Shown: piece by piece, positions 27,980 to 36,480 of the stretch | How positions within the stretch are numbered: position 1 is the first letter of the stretch | Layout: every line of letters starts with the position of its first letter | Assembly (NCBI GenBank): GCA_041650255.1 | Contig: JBAZLL010000003.1 | Span: forward strand, 64,801-128,800 | Source: Candidatus Micrarchaeia archaeon | GTDB taxonomy: Archaea > Micrarchaeota > Micrarchaeia > Anstonellales > Anstonellaceae | Direction of reading: 5' to 3' | Length of the DNA stretch: 64,000 bases | Notes under the pieces: model-generated | The model's input: only the letters and a program-made list of their open reading frames with translations | What the model was told of the DNA's origin: nothing | The model's database searches: none | Position numbers and translations under genes: made by a program

Positions 27980-28141
27980 TTTGAAAATTGGCTGATAAAA
28001 ATAAAAATTAGTTTGAAAAAAGTTTAGTTTGAAATTTGGCATTTGAAACTTTCATTTGCAACAATTCAAAACATTTGGGGAAAGAGTTATATGTGCAAAA
28101 CTTTCCCCTCTTTACAATCATCATATTAATGAGGTGTAAAA

Positions 28142-29005
28142 ATGGCAGAAACAACGACAGAAATCCATCATACGCATCCCGGCGAGAGCCACTCACACAT
28201 GCATTCAGGTGCATGTGCAGATTCAGGCACCGGAATGTATGTATTGGCATTGGCAGTAATCATCAGCACACTAATGCTTGCCGGTGCGATCTGGTTCTCC
28301 TTAAGCTCGCTCACAGCATCTGTGGACAGCCTCGGGGGCACAATTGCGGCAAAGCAGCTTAGCGTAACTGTTCCAAGCACGACAGACTCCGGCACGGGTA
28401 CGGCAGTAAAAGAGACGACTCCAACTCCAAGTGGAGTGGTTGCCGCGCAACTCGGATCCAAAGTAACTATTGACACGACCGGCAGACCCACACGCGGCGC
28501 AAGCAATGCAAAAGTAAAAATAATCGAGTTCTCGGACTTTGAATGCCCATACTGTGAACGCGGATATGGCAACATCGAGTCGGTACTCAAAGAGTTTAAC
28601 GGAAGTGTGAGCGTAACATTCATGAACTACCCGCTCTCATTCCACCCCAATGCACAGAAGGCGGCAGAGGCGGCAGAGTGCGCGAACAAACAAGGCAAAT
28701 TCTGGGAATATTACGACACCCTCTTTACAACAAGATTGCTTACTGTTAGCGACCTCAAAAAACACGCATCAGACCTCAAGCTTGACACAACTGCATTCAA
28801 CACATGTCTGGACTCTGGCGAAATGACCAAAACCGTCACCGACCAAGCAACCCTTGGCTCATCGCTCGGCGTTTCCGGCACACCAAGCTTTTTCATCAAT
28901 GGCAAATTGCTTGTAGGCGCCATTCCGGTGGACAACTATGCGGACAGCTCTGGGCAGATGCACGAGGGCCTTAGCGCAATAATAACAAAGGAGCTTGCCT
29001 CCTAA
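28142..29005 (+). CDS. Membrane-anchored DsbA-like thiol:disulfide oxidoreductase.
   Basis: The active site is FECPYCERG. DsbA-family blocks are present (PNAQKAAEAAECANKQGKFWEY, GVSGTPSFFINGKLLVGAIP). A His-rich N-terminus (HHTHPGESHSHMH) precedes a single TM. Confidence 0.75.
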   Translation: MAETTTEIHHTHPGESHSHMHSGACADSGTGMYVLALAVIISTLMLAGAIWFSLSSLTASVDSLGGTIAAKQLSVTVPSTTDSGTGTAVKETTPTPSGVVAAQLGSKVTIDTTGRPTRGASNAKVKIIEFSDFECPYCERGYGNIESVLKEFNGSVSVTFMNYPLSFHPNAQKAAEAAECANKQGKFWEYYDTLFTTRLLTVSDLKKHASDLKLDTTAFNTCLDSGEMTKTVTDQATLGSSLGVSGTPSFFINGKLLVGAIPVDNYADSSGQMHEGLSAIITKELAS

Positions 29006-29106
29006 TTTTTTATTTTTTTATATTTTATTTTTCTTACTGATTTTTCCATATACTTATAAATTTCGCATAATTATCTCTATATAATATTTTTTGAGGTGTT
29101 TTTCAA

Positions 29107-29748
29107 ATGGAATGCAAACAACAGCCATTGTACGTTTTCTCGCTTGTGCTTTTGGTATGCGCGGCAATTCTCTCGGGCGCAATCTGGTTTTCAATAAACT
29201 CGCTTTCATCATCCGTTTCTGCAGTGGAGCAGACAATTCTTGCGAAAAATTTTGCAATTAATGTAAATGGCTCTGTGCAGGGAAAAACAAACAACACTGT
29301 TGCACCGACCCCGACGCAACCCACTCCTTCACAGCCAACTCCGACTCCGACTGCAAAAATAACCGATGTAAAAACAGTGGATGGCAACTTCAAGCAGACA
29401 ACCGAAGCAGTATGCAAAAATGGTAGTGCGGTAATTGTTCGCATGTTCACAACCACTTGGTGCCCTCACTGTGTATGGGAAAAGCCCGTAATGAAGGCGG
29501 TAACAAGCACATTCGGCGACAAAGTGGATTTGAGAATCTATGATGTTGATGTGCAAGGTCAAACCCCTGCATCGGAAGAGGCAATTTGGGCAAAATACAA
29601 TCCGGGCGGCTCAATTCCAACCCTTGTAATCGGCTGTAAATACTACAAGATTGGAAGCGGCGAATCAATCGGAGAAGATACAGAAAAAGCGGCAATCAGA
29701 AAAATAATCTGTGAAGAACTGGGAACGGACGCACCATCATTCTGCTAA
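29107..29748 (+). CDS. Membrane-anchored thioredoxin-fold protein with a CPHC active site.
   Basis: The order is an N-terminal TM, a PTPTQPTPSQPTPTPT linker, then TTTWCPHCVWEKP...GGSIPTLVIG (Trx fold with cis-Pro). Confidence 0.65.
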   Translation: MECKQQPLYVFSLVLLVCAAILSGAIWFSINSLSSSVSAVEQTILAKNFAINVNGSVQGKTNNTVAPTPTQPTPSQPTPTPTAKITDVKTVDGNFKQTTEAVCKNGSAVIVRMFTTTWCPHCVWEKPVMKAVTSTFGDKVDLRIYDVDVQGQTPASEEAIWAKYNPGGSIPTLVIGCKYYKIGSGESIGEDTEKAAIRKIICEELGTDAPSFC

Positions 29749-29959
29749 GTCCATACTCTCTTTCTTTCTTTTCTGTTTTTTTGTTTTTTACTTCTCTTTT
29801 TAATTTAGTTTTTCTCTCTTTCTTTCTTCTTTCCAACTTTTTTATTTTCGGCATTTTTACGGGGTAATTTTGCATTTTCACCTTTTTTTCAATTCGGCGA
29901 TAGCCTTTTATTCAACTCCCAATCCTATAACATCTTACAAACCATTAGTTGTGAGAATA

Positions 29960-32221
29960 ATGAAACTAATTATAGCTGAAAAGCCAAAAGTCGCACAAAA
30001 GATAGCCGATGCACTCTCCGACTCATCGGTGCAGAGAAAAAAAGGCAAAGGTCAGTCCTATTATTTTGAATTTGAAAAAAACGGCGAAAACATAGCCGTC
30101 GCTCCGGCAGTCGGACATCTTTACTCATTGGAAGAGTCCAAAAAATCAAACACCTATCCCGTGTTTGATATAGAATGGCGACCTGCTTATGAAATTTCCA
30201 AGGATTCCGATTACACCAAAGGCTATGTGCAAACAATTGAAATGCTTGCAAAAGATGCGGACGAAATAATAATCGCCTGCGACTATGATGTGGAAGGCTC
30301 ACTAATCGGATACAATGCAATGCGATATGCCGGGCACCGCGATGTTGGCACACGAATGAAATTTTCCTCCCTCACAAAAGAGGATTTGGTTAATGCCTAC
30401 ACGGAGCGCGGCGATTTGGATTTGGCAAACGCATTAGCCGGAGAATCCCGTCACATCCTTGATTGGTATTATGGTATTAATCTTTCAAGAGCGCTCATGA
30501 GCGCAGTTCGTTCAACCGGCAAATTTCAGGTAATGAGCATCGGGCGAGTGCAGGGTCCCGCGCTAAAACTTTTGGCGGAAAAAGAAAAGTCAATCAAGGC
30601 ATTCATTCCAACTCCATACTGGGAACTCACATGCGAAATAGACAAAATCCGCTTCAAGCACGAAAAGCAAAAGTTCACCGATCAAAACGAGGCAAAAACA
30701 ACATTTGAACTCTCAAAAAATCCCCCTCAAAAAATTACTGAAATAACAAAAAAGCCATTTATCCAAAAGCCAAATCCTCCGTTTGATTTGACCTCTTTGC
30801 AGGTGGAAGCTTACAAGCAATTCAAATTTCCCCCGCAACAAACTCAGGCAATCGCCCAAACTTTGTATGAAAATTCAATGATTTCCTACCCAAGAACCTC
30901 GTCTCAAAAATTGCCTGCAAAATTGGGTCTTGACAAAATAATTCTAATCCTTTCAAAACAGGCGGCGTATGCCCCCCTTTGCCAAAAGCTGATTCACAAA
31001 AAACTTTTCACGCCCTTTGAAGGCAAAAAAGAGGACCCCGCCCATCCGGCAATCCATCCGACCGGCCAGCACGCGGCGGTAGGCGCAAGAGAGCAAAAGG
31101 TATATGATTTAATCGTAAAAAGATTTCTTTCATGCTTTGCGCCCGATGCAACCCGCGAATCCCAAAAAGTTGTAGCCCTTTGCGGAACTCAAAATTACAC
31201 AACAAACGGCGCAAGAACAATTGAGAATGGCTGGTTTGAATTTTATGCTCCATATCTGAAGCTTGAAGAGGTCACTCTTCCAGCATGGACTCTGGGGCAA
31301 GCGGTAAATGCAACCGACTTTAAAATGGAGGAGAAAATGACCCAGCCTCCAAAGAGATTTACTCCAGCTTCAATTATCTCCGAGCTTGAAGACAGAAATT
31401 TGGGCACAAAAGCGACCCGCGCAACTATAATTGAAACCCTCTTCAAACGAGGCTATTTGACCGGCACAAAATCAATTGAAGTATCCTCATTTGGTCTCTC
31501 TGTTGCAAATGTAATGGACAAATACGCACCCGAAATAATGGATGAGGAACTCACTCGCGAAATAGAAAAGGAAATGGAAGCAATTCAAGAAGATCCGATT
31601 CATGCCAAAAACGTAGTTGAAAACGGCAAAAAAATCCTGACAAAAACGCTTGAAAAATACAAGCCCCACGAAAAAGACGTTGGAAAAGAACTTACCGGCG
31701 GATTGGCTGATGCACGCGCGGAAGCCTCGCAACTCGGTCCATGCCCGACTTGCAAAACCGGCACATTGAGAAAAATCCTCTCAAGAAACAAAAAATGGTT
31801 TGCAGGCTGTTCAGGTTACCCAAACTGTACCCAAACTTATCCATTGCCCCAGATGGGATTGATTGAATCAACCGGCAAGGCTTGTGAACATGATGGCAGT
31901 CCCATCATAAAAGTAATAAGAAAAGGCAAGCGCCCATTTGAAATGTGCGTCGCAGTCGGTTGCCCCTCAAAAGCAAGCTGGGGTGCTTACAAAAAGCCGT
32001 TGCAGGCGGCAAAACCCGAATCGGCCGCAACAAAATCCGCAACTGCCACAACTGCAAAATCTGCCCCTACCGCAACCGCGAGCCTTGCAACCACTTCAAA
32101 ATCCGCCTCTAATACTGCTACAAATTCCACTACAACTTCAAAATCAAAATCTGGTGCAGTTGCAAAAACCCCTTCCGCAAAAAAGCCGAGAAAAACTTCT
32201 TCAAAAAAGAAAGTTGAATAA
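29960..32221 (+). CDS. topA: Type IA DNA topoisomerase (archaeal TopA, topo I/III-like).
   Basis: The Toprim domain is MKLIIAEKPKVAQKIA...ACDYDVEGSLIG. The catalytic region is ISYPRTSSQKL. Zn ribbons are CPTCKTGTL...CSGYPNC. The C-terminal tail is S/T/A/K-rich. I prefer the ATG at 29960. Confidence 0.9.
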   Translation: MKLIIAEKPKVAQKIADALSDSSVQRKKGKGQSYYFEFEKNGENIAVAPAVGHLYSLEESKKSNTYPVFDIEWRPAYEISKDSDYTKGYVQTIEMLAKDADEIIIACDYDVEGSLIGYNAMRYAGHRDVGTRMKFSSLTKEDLVNAYTERGDLDLANALAGESRHILDWYYGINLSRALMSAVRSTGKFQVMSIGRVQGPALKLLAEKEKSIKAFIPTPYWELTCEIDKIRFKHEKQKFTDQNEAKTTFELSKNPPQKITEITKKPFIQKPNPPFDLTSLQVEAYKQFKFPPQQTQAIAQTLYENSMISYPRTSSQKLPAKLGLDKIILILSKQAAYAPLCQKLIHKKLFTPFEGKKEDPAHPAIHPTGQHAAVGAREQKVYDLIVKRFLSCFAPDATRESQKVVALCGTQNYTTNGARTIENGWFEFYAPYLKLEEVTLPAWTLGQAVNATDFKMEEKMTQPPKRFTPASIISELEDRNLGTKATRATIIETLFKRGYLTGTKSIEVSSFGLSVANVMDKYAPEIMDEELTREIEKEMEAIQEDPIHAKNVVENGKKILTKTLEKYKPHEKDVGKELTGGLADARAEASQLGPCPTCKTGTLRKILSRNKKWFAGCSGYPNCTQTYPLPQMGLIESTGKACEHDGSPIIKVIRKGKRPFEMCVAVGCPSKASWGAYKKPLQAAKPESAATKSATATTAKSAPTATASLATTSKSASNTATNSTTTSKSKSGAVAKTPSAKKPRKTSSKKKVE

Positions 32222-32222
32222 T

Positions 32223-33194
32223 TTATTGTATCTCGCCGACCAATTCCTCAAGCAAATCCTCAATCGTGACAATCCCAATCATTTTTTGGCTTGAATCTGC
32301 GACAACCGATATATCCTTGCCGGCCTTTTGCATTCTCTCAAACACATTATGAATCCTTTCTTTTGGTCCAAACACCAACGGTTTTTGAGCTATATGCACA
32401 CAATCTGTTTTTGGATCTGTCATCATTGCCATCGCAATTTCGCGTAAATTTACAAATCCAATCGCCCGTCCCTGCTCATTCACAATAGGAAATCTGGAAT
32501 GTTTGTTTTTTGCTGCAATTTCAAATGCACTCCAAACCGGAGTACCCGCATTTATCATTGCTACATATGAAACTGGGGTCATTACTGCTTCAACAGGTTT
32601 TTTATCAAACTCAAGTACATTTGCAATCATCTTCTCTTCCTTTTCAGTAATGCTCTTGTGCTTTGCACCCAATCTCACGGCAGTCCGAACTTCCTCTTCA
32701 CTAAACTTCTCAATTCCGGTTGCCGTGGAATAAATACCTGGCACAAGCCGATTCACCGCCTCAAAAACAAGCACAAGCGGAGTAAACACCCAGCAAAATA
32801 CCTCAATTGCCGGAGCAACCGCCAGTATAAATTTGTCTCCATAAGTGGTCGCGGCGCTCTTTGGCATTATGTCTCCAAAAGCAATTAGCAAAAAGCTCAT
32901 CATCGCAACCGCCGCGCCTATGCCCGCTTCCGAGCCAAGTAAAGTTATCGCCATAGAAGTTGCAAATACGGATGCCGCAACCGATGCGATATTATTTCCA
33001 ATAAGTAGTGCAATTATCACTCTTCTTCGGTTCTGTTTAAGCCGTTGCAGACTCTCGGCACCATTTGCTTTCTTCTCAATCATTGTGTGCATGCGAATAT
33101 TGCTAATTGAGAGAAAGGACACTTCTGCCGCCGCAAAAAATGCAGCAATCGCAATAAAGAGTAAAATTCCCATAAATTCATATATCGCCTGCAT
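32223..33194 (-). CDS. CNNM/DUF21 membrane domain plus CBS-pair protein (CorB or hemolysin-like putative divalent-cation transporter).
   Basis: The N-terminal TM domain (FFAAAEVSFLSIS...ALLIGNNIA) is followed by two CBS motifs (VMTP..., IGIVTIEDLLEELVGEI). Confidence 0.8.
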   Translation of the reverse strand: MQAIYEFMGILLFIAIAAFFAAAEVSFLSISNIRMHTMIEKKANGAESLQRLKQNRRRVIIALLIGNNIASVAASVFATSMAITLLGSEAGIGAAVAMMSFLLIAFGDIMPKSAATTYGDKFILAVAPAIEVFCWVFTPLVLVFEAVNRLVPGIYSTATGIEKFSEEEVRTAVRLGAKHKSITEKEEKMIANVLEFDKKPVEAVMTPVSYVAMINAGTPVWSAFEIAAKNKHSRFPIVNEQGRAIGFVNLREIAMAMMTDPKTDCVHIAQKPLVFGPKERIHNVFERMQKAGKDISVVADSSQKMIGIVTIEDLLEELVGEIQ

Positions 33195-33304
33195 GTTCCT
33201 ATTCTAATCTCTTTGTTTATAACGTTTTTTGAAAATGCACGTTTTAATGCATATTTCCCGCCTAAGGCACGTGTTTTTATAAATTCCATCCGCACAATAT
33301 TATT

Positions 33305-34858
33305 GTGAAAATAAAACGAGCCCTTATCTCTGTCTATGACAAAACAGGCCTTTTGGATTTGGCAAAGGCGCTTCATCATCACGGCGTGCAAATACTATCT
33401 TCCGGCGGCACTGCCAAGGCTCTAAAGCGCGCCGACATTCCTGTAATTGAAATTTCAAAATATACAAACACTCCCGAACTTTTTGAGGGGCGGGTAAAAA
33501 CTTTGCACCCAAAAATTCACGGCGGCATACTTTTTCGCCGGGACAACAAAAAAGACATTGAGGAGGCAAAGAAAAACAGCATCCTTCCAATCGACTTGGT
33601 AGTTGTAAATCTTTATCCATTTGAAAAAGTCACAAAACAGGAAAACATCACAAAAGAAGTCGCAGTTGAAAACATAGATATCGGCGGTGTATCGCTCATT
33701 CGCGCCGCGGCAAAAAACTACAAATACACATCCGTATTGGTGGACCCTGAAGATTATCCGCGTTTTATACAGGATTTTGAATCAAATGACGGTGAAATAT
33801 CCGACGAAAAAAGATACAATCTAATGGTAAAGGCATTCGAGCGCTCATCGCACTATGATTGGGCAATCTCCCGCTTTTTCGGCGGGGAAGGAGACGAGAA
33901 ATTCCCTTATCGAATGAAACTCATATTTGAGCGCGCATATCCCCTGCGATACGGTGAAAATCCGCATCAGCAGGCGGCAGCATATCGCCTTGTGGGAGAG
34001 CGCTCTCTCTTTGACGCGCGATTATATTCCGGCAAAGTAATGAGCTACAACAACTTTTTGGATGCGGATTCCGCATTGCATCTCATCCGTGAATTCTACG
34101 GAAAGCACGCATGTGTCATCCTAAAGCACAATAATCCGTGCGGGGTTGCATTAGGAAAAACCTTGCAAGAGGCTTATTCGCGCGCATATGCTTCAGACCC
34201 GCTTTCTGCATTCGGCGGAGTATTGGCATTTTCCTCCCGCCTTGATGTTGACACTGCCCAGTCAATCGGCAACAAATATTTGGAAGTGGTGCTTGCGCCC
34301 GGATACGAACCCGAGGCTCTCAATATTCTAAAGCAAAAGCCATCAAGGCGCATATTGGACATTTCCGATTTGTTTGTGCCCGTATATCCGGGGGATGTAA
34401 CCTTCAGGCACATTTCCGGCGGAATGCTTTATCAGCACGAAGACCCGGTAATTTATGACCTTCGCACGGCACAAGTTGTCACAGCAAAAAAGCCGACCGA
34501 CACTCAATGGCGCGACATGTATTTTGCAATGGCGGTTGCAAAGCACACAAAATCAAACGCAGTCACTCTTGCAAAAAACGAGCAGATTATCGGCGTTGGT
34601 GCAGGGCAGATGTCAAGAATAGATTCCACAAAAATCGCGCTTTCAAAAGCAAAACAAAACAACTTTGATACAAGCGGTGCAGTTGCGGCATCGGACGCAT
34701 ACTTGCCTTTCCCGGATACAATTGAAGCTCTTGCGGCACAGGGAGTTGCCGCACTCGTGCAGCCCGGCGGCTCAATTAACGATGAAAAATCAATAATCGC
34801 CGCAAACGAGCATGGCATGGCAATGGTATTTACTGGATTCAGGCACTTCAAGCATTAA
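33305..34858 (+). CDS. purH: Bifunctional AICAR transformylase/IMP cyclohydrolase.
   Basis: Matching blocks: KRALISVYDKTGL, GRVKTLHPKIHGGIL, DIGGVSLIRAAAKN, KHNNPCG, and the C-terminal QPGGSINDE. The start codon is GTG, with TTTATAAA 29 nt upstream. Confidence 0.9.
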   Translation: MKIKRALISVYDKTGLLDLAKALHHHGVQILSSGGTAKALKRADIPVIEISKYTNTPELFEGRVKTLHPKIHGGILFRRDNKKDIEEAKKNSILPIDLVVVNLYPFEKVTKQENITKEVAVENIDIGGVSLIRAAAKNYKYTSVLVDPEDYPRFIQDFESNDGEISDEKRYNLMVKAFERSSHYDWAISRFFGGEGDEKFPYRMKLIFERAYPLRYGENPHQQAAAYRLVGERSLFDARLYSGKVMSYNNFLDADSALHLIREFYGKHACVILKHNNPCGVALGKTLQEAYSRAYASDPLSAFGGVLAFSSRLDVDTAQSIGNKYLEVVLAPGYEPEALNILKQKPSRRILDISDLFVPVYPGDVTFRHISGGMLYQHEDPVIYDLRTAQVVTAKKPTDTQWRDMYFAMAVAKHTKSNAVTLAKNEQIIGVGAGQMSRIDSTKIALSKAKQNNFDTSGAVAASDAYLPFPDTIEALAAQGVAALVQPGGSINDEKSIIAANEHGMAMVFTGFRHFKH

Positions 34859-34860
34859 GC

Positions 34861-35030
34861 TTTCTTTTTCTTTTGTGCTCAAAAGAAAAAGAAACCTTGG
34901 AAAGAAAAAGAAAAACGGGATGCTTTTCTTTTCTGCTCAAAAGAAAAAGAAACCTTGGAAGGAAAAAGAAAAAAGGATGGTTTTCTTTTCTGCTCAAAAG
35001 AAAAAGAAACCTTGGAAAGAAAAAGAAACC
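34861..35030. repeat. Tandem repeat of about 2.9 copies with a 57-58 bp period. Each unit carries a T-rich/A-rich imperfect palindrome.
   Basis: The unit core is TTTCTTTT(C/G)TGCTCAAAAGAAAAAGAAACCTTGGAA(A/G)GAAAAAGAAAAA. GCTC centres lie at 34877, 34935 and 34992. The first palindrome starts 3 nt after the purH stop codon. Confidence 0.85.
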
Positions 35031-35075
35031 TGCCATTTCAATCTGCTTATAAAATATCTTCACATTTGCTATTTC

Positions 35076-35609
35076 ATGAAAGCGGCAAGGAAATTGCATG
35101 CAATTTTTATTGGAAGATTTCAGCCCCCCCACTTAGGGCACGAAAAGGCAATTTCCTATCTTCTGAAAAAATATGAAAAAATAACAATTGCAATCGGCTC
35201 ATCAAACAAAAAACGGGATTCAACAAATCCGTTCTGCGCGCGCGAGCGTCTGTATCTTTTAAGAAAAATAATTCACTCTCACGCTGGTTGGAAAAACAAA
35301 ATTTCATTATGCCTTCTGAAAGACAACCCTTCAGACAAGCAATGGGCCCTTTCATTTCGCAAACGATTTTCCCCAAACAAGTACGCAATTTTTTCCGCAA
35401 ATTCCCTTGTAAGAAATCTTTTGAAGAAAGAGGGTTATGCTCTTGATGGTTCTCCCCTTTTCAACCGCATTGAATGGGAAGGCACAAAAATAAGGGAAAA
35501 AATGCGAAAAAATATCCCTTGCAGTTTGCGATTACCAGTCTCAATAAGGCAGTATATGAAATCAAAGGGGGAGAAAATAATATGTGCTTGCAAACAAGAT
35601 GCAATCTAA
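35076..35609 (+). CDS. nadM: Nicotinamide-nucleotide adenylyltransferase, archaeal type.
   Basis: FIGRFQPPHLGHEKAI matches the GRFQPxHxGH motif. I prefer the ATG at 35076, with the TATA sequence CTTATAAAATAT about 25 nt upstream. The ORF-track N-terminal extension merely translates the tandem repeat. Confidence 0.8.
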   Translation: MKAARKLHAIFIGRFQPPHLGHEKAISYLLKKYEKITIAIGSSNKKRDSTNPFCARERLYLLRKIIHSHAGWKNKISLCLLKDNPSDKQWALSFRKRFSPNKYAIFSANSLVRNLLKKEGYALDGSPLFNRIEWEGTKIREKMRKNIPCSLRLPVSIRQYMKSKGEKIICACKQDAI

Positions 35610-35673
35610 TTCAACTCAACGAGTGGAAACTAATTAAAAATAAATAAAAAAGCACAAAAATAATTCCGGCGGA

Positions 35674-36318
35674 TTAATTTGCAATTTCAATAGTTGCCCA
35701 GTCGCCAAGAGATGCGCGCAATGCGGCTTCAAGCCCGCGCGCCTTTGTCTGTTCGGTCTTTGCGGCAATAATAATTTTTTTCTTTGCCCCATTCTCCTTT
35801 ATCTCTATTTTGGCTTCAAACTGTGTTGCAAGCTCGTGCGCCTTTTTCTCAGGCTCACTTATGACATCAATGAGTTTTATGTCGTATTTTAGGTCCTGCC
35901 CCGCCAACGGGTGGTTAAAATCAAGCATAATTCTTCCGGAAGAAACGGTTTTCACAAGCGCGGGAACGCCGTCAATTGTAACCATCAAGCCCGCAATTGC
36001 CTGTATTCCGTGTTTTTCAAACTCTTTTTGCGGCATCACTCGCACAAGCTCATTATGCCTTTTTCCAAAAGCCTTGTCTGCGGGAATAAAAATTTGCTCA
36101 TTCTTTCCCAACTGGAGTTTTTGCATCGCTTCCTCAAGACCAGCAATCATCGCGCCGCGCCCAACAATTACGAGCCTAGGCCCGTATTTTGATGCGTCAG
36201 ACCAAATTCCCGAATCCTTTGCAACTTTCTCATCAGTACTCTCAAATGCAGAATTGTCCGATACCAGACGCCCTGTTAGTTCGAGCCTTACGAGATCTCC
36301 TTTGCCTGTTTTTACCAT
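35674..36318 (-). CDS. FKBP-type peptidyl-prolyl cis-trans isomerase (archaeal long FKBP, SlyD-like with an insert-in-flap).
   Basis: Matching blocks: GDLVRLELTGRL, GRGAMIAGLEEAM, FGKRHNELV, LDFNHPLAGQDLKYDIKLIDV. Confidence 0.8.
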   Translation of the reverse strand: MVKTGKGDLVRLELTGRLVSDNSAFESTDEKVAKDSGIWSDASKYGPRLVIVGRGAMIAGLEEAMQKLQLGKNEQIFIPADKAFGKRHNELVRVMPQKEFEKHGIQAIAGLMVTIDGVPALVKTVSSGRIMLDFNHPLAGQDLKYDIKLIDVISEPEKKAHELATQFEAKIEIKENGAKKKIIIAAKTEQTKARGLEAALRASLGDWATIEIAN

Positions 36319-36480
36319 CAGCTTCGCCTCTTACAAACCAAACACTCGCCATCGGCGAAGTCCGACAAAAATTTTATTTTTGTCATAAAATCAATACCTC
36401 ATTATTGTCCAATTCTCTTTAAAAAGATGTTTAGCTATTCTAATTTATAATAATTTCAAATTTTTACTTGCGGGGATTTC

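Noticed and set aside
34861-35030. Possible CRISPR array, considered because of the regularly spaced repeats.
   Set aside because: The whole 57-58 bp unit is repeated, including the would-be spacers. There are only about 3 copies, the sequence is low-complexity A/T-run palindrome, and no cas genes are present.
34812-35075. N-terminal 88-aa extension of the nadM ORF in the track (KRKRNLGKKKKNG... repeated).
   Set aside because: This is just a translation of the 57-58 bp tandem DNA repeat. The conserved NMNAT sequence starts at the ATG at 35076, which has its own TATA box.
35810-36388. 192-aa plus-strand ORF.
   Set aside because: It lies antisense to the FKBP gene. The product is Ser/Phe/Cys-rich low complexity.
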